Positions 63,560 through 64,000 of a stretch of DNA of 64,000 nt are shown here, one piece after another (position 1 is the stretch's first letter; the number at the start of each line of letters is the position of its first letter). The notes under the pieces were generated by a model that was given only the letters and a program-made list of their open reading frames with translations, was not told where the DNA came from and ran no database searches. The stretch comes from Octopus vulgaris (Eukaryota). The DNA lies in assembly GCA_951406725.2 (NCBI GenBank), contig OX597837.1:18662001-18726000 (forward strand), read 5' to 3'. A program made the position numbers and the translations under genes.

Positions 63560-63942
63560 CTTTACTCTTTTACTTGTTTCAGTCATTTGACTGTGGCCAT
63601 GCTGGAGCACCGCCTTTAGTCGAGCAAATCGACCCCAGGACTTATTCTTTGTAAGCCTAGTACTTATTCTACCGTCTCTTTTGCCGAACCGCTAAGGTTA
63701 CGTGGACGTAAACACACCAGCATCGGTTGTCAAGCGATGTTGGGGGGACAAACACAGACACACACACGCGCGCGCGCACATATACATATGACGGGCTTCT
63801 TTCATTTTCCGTCTACCAAATCCACTCACAAGGCTTTGGTCGGCCTGAAGCTATAGTAGAAGACACTTGCCCAAGGTGCCACACAGTGGGACTGAACCCG
63901 GAACCATATGGTTGGTTAGCAAGCTACTTAGCATACAGCCAC
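63560..63942 (-). mobile_element. SINE family A, young near full-length copy
   Basis: Minus strand B box ggttcagtccc; tail ggcggtgctccagcatggccacagtcaaatgactgaaacaagtaaaagag. Confidence 0.9.
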
Positions 63943-64000
63943 TTCTACGTCTAACTTTACTTCATCTCATGAAGCTGGCGAAACCTTTACGTTGCAGGAT

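Overview
Very AT-rich, microsatellite-dense eukaryotic non-genic DNA; the SINE families and (TA)n/(TATG)n/(CTAT)n density suggest a cephalopod such as Octopus (inference). No host protein-coding exon could be supported, and most ORF-track entries are translations of microsatellites. The real coding content is transposon-derived: a young 5'-truncated CR1/L2-group LINE with an uninterrupted 883-codon EN-RT ORF (26.5-29.3 kb); Penelope-like RT/GIY-YIG remnants; R4/Dong, RTE and Tx1/L1 fragments; mariner and Tc1 transposase pseudogenes; an internally deleted Helitron RepHel; and many tRNA-derived SINEs. Main observations: (1) a nested cluster of composite Helitrons at 37.6-46.2 kb that carry captured DNA, with an empty A|T site visible; (2) about ten hammerhead-ribozyme motifs, several tied to Penelope-like terminal repeats; (3) a 3' stem-loop shared by the LINE and the SINEs, with compensatory changes; (4) numerous long inverted repeats, two centred on (TA)n.
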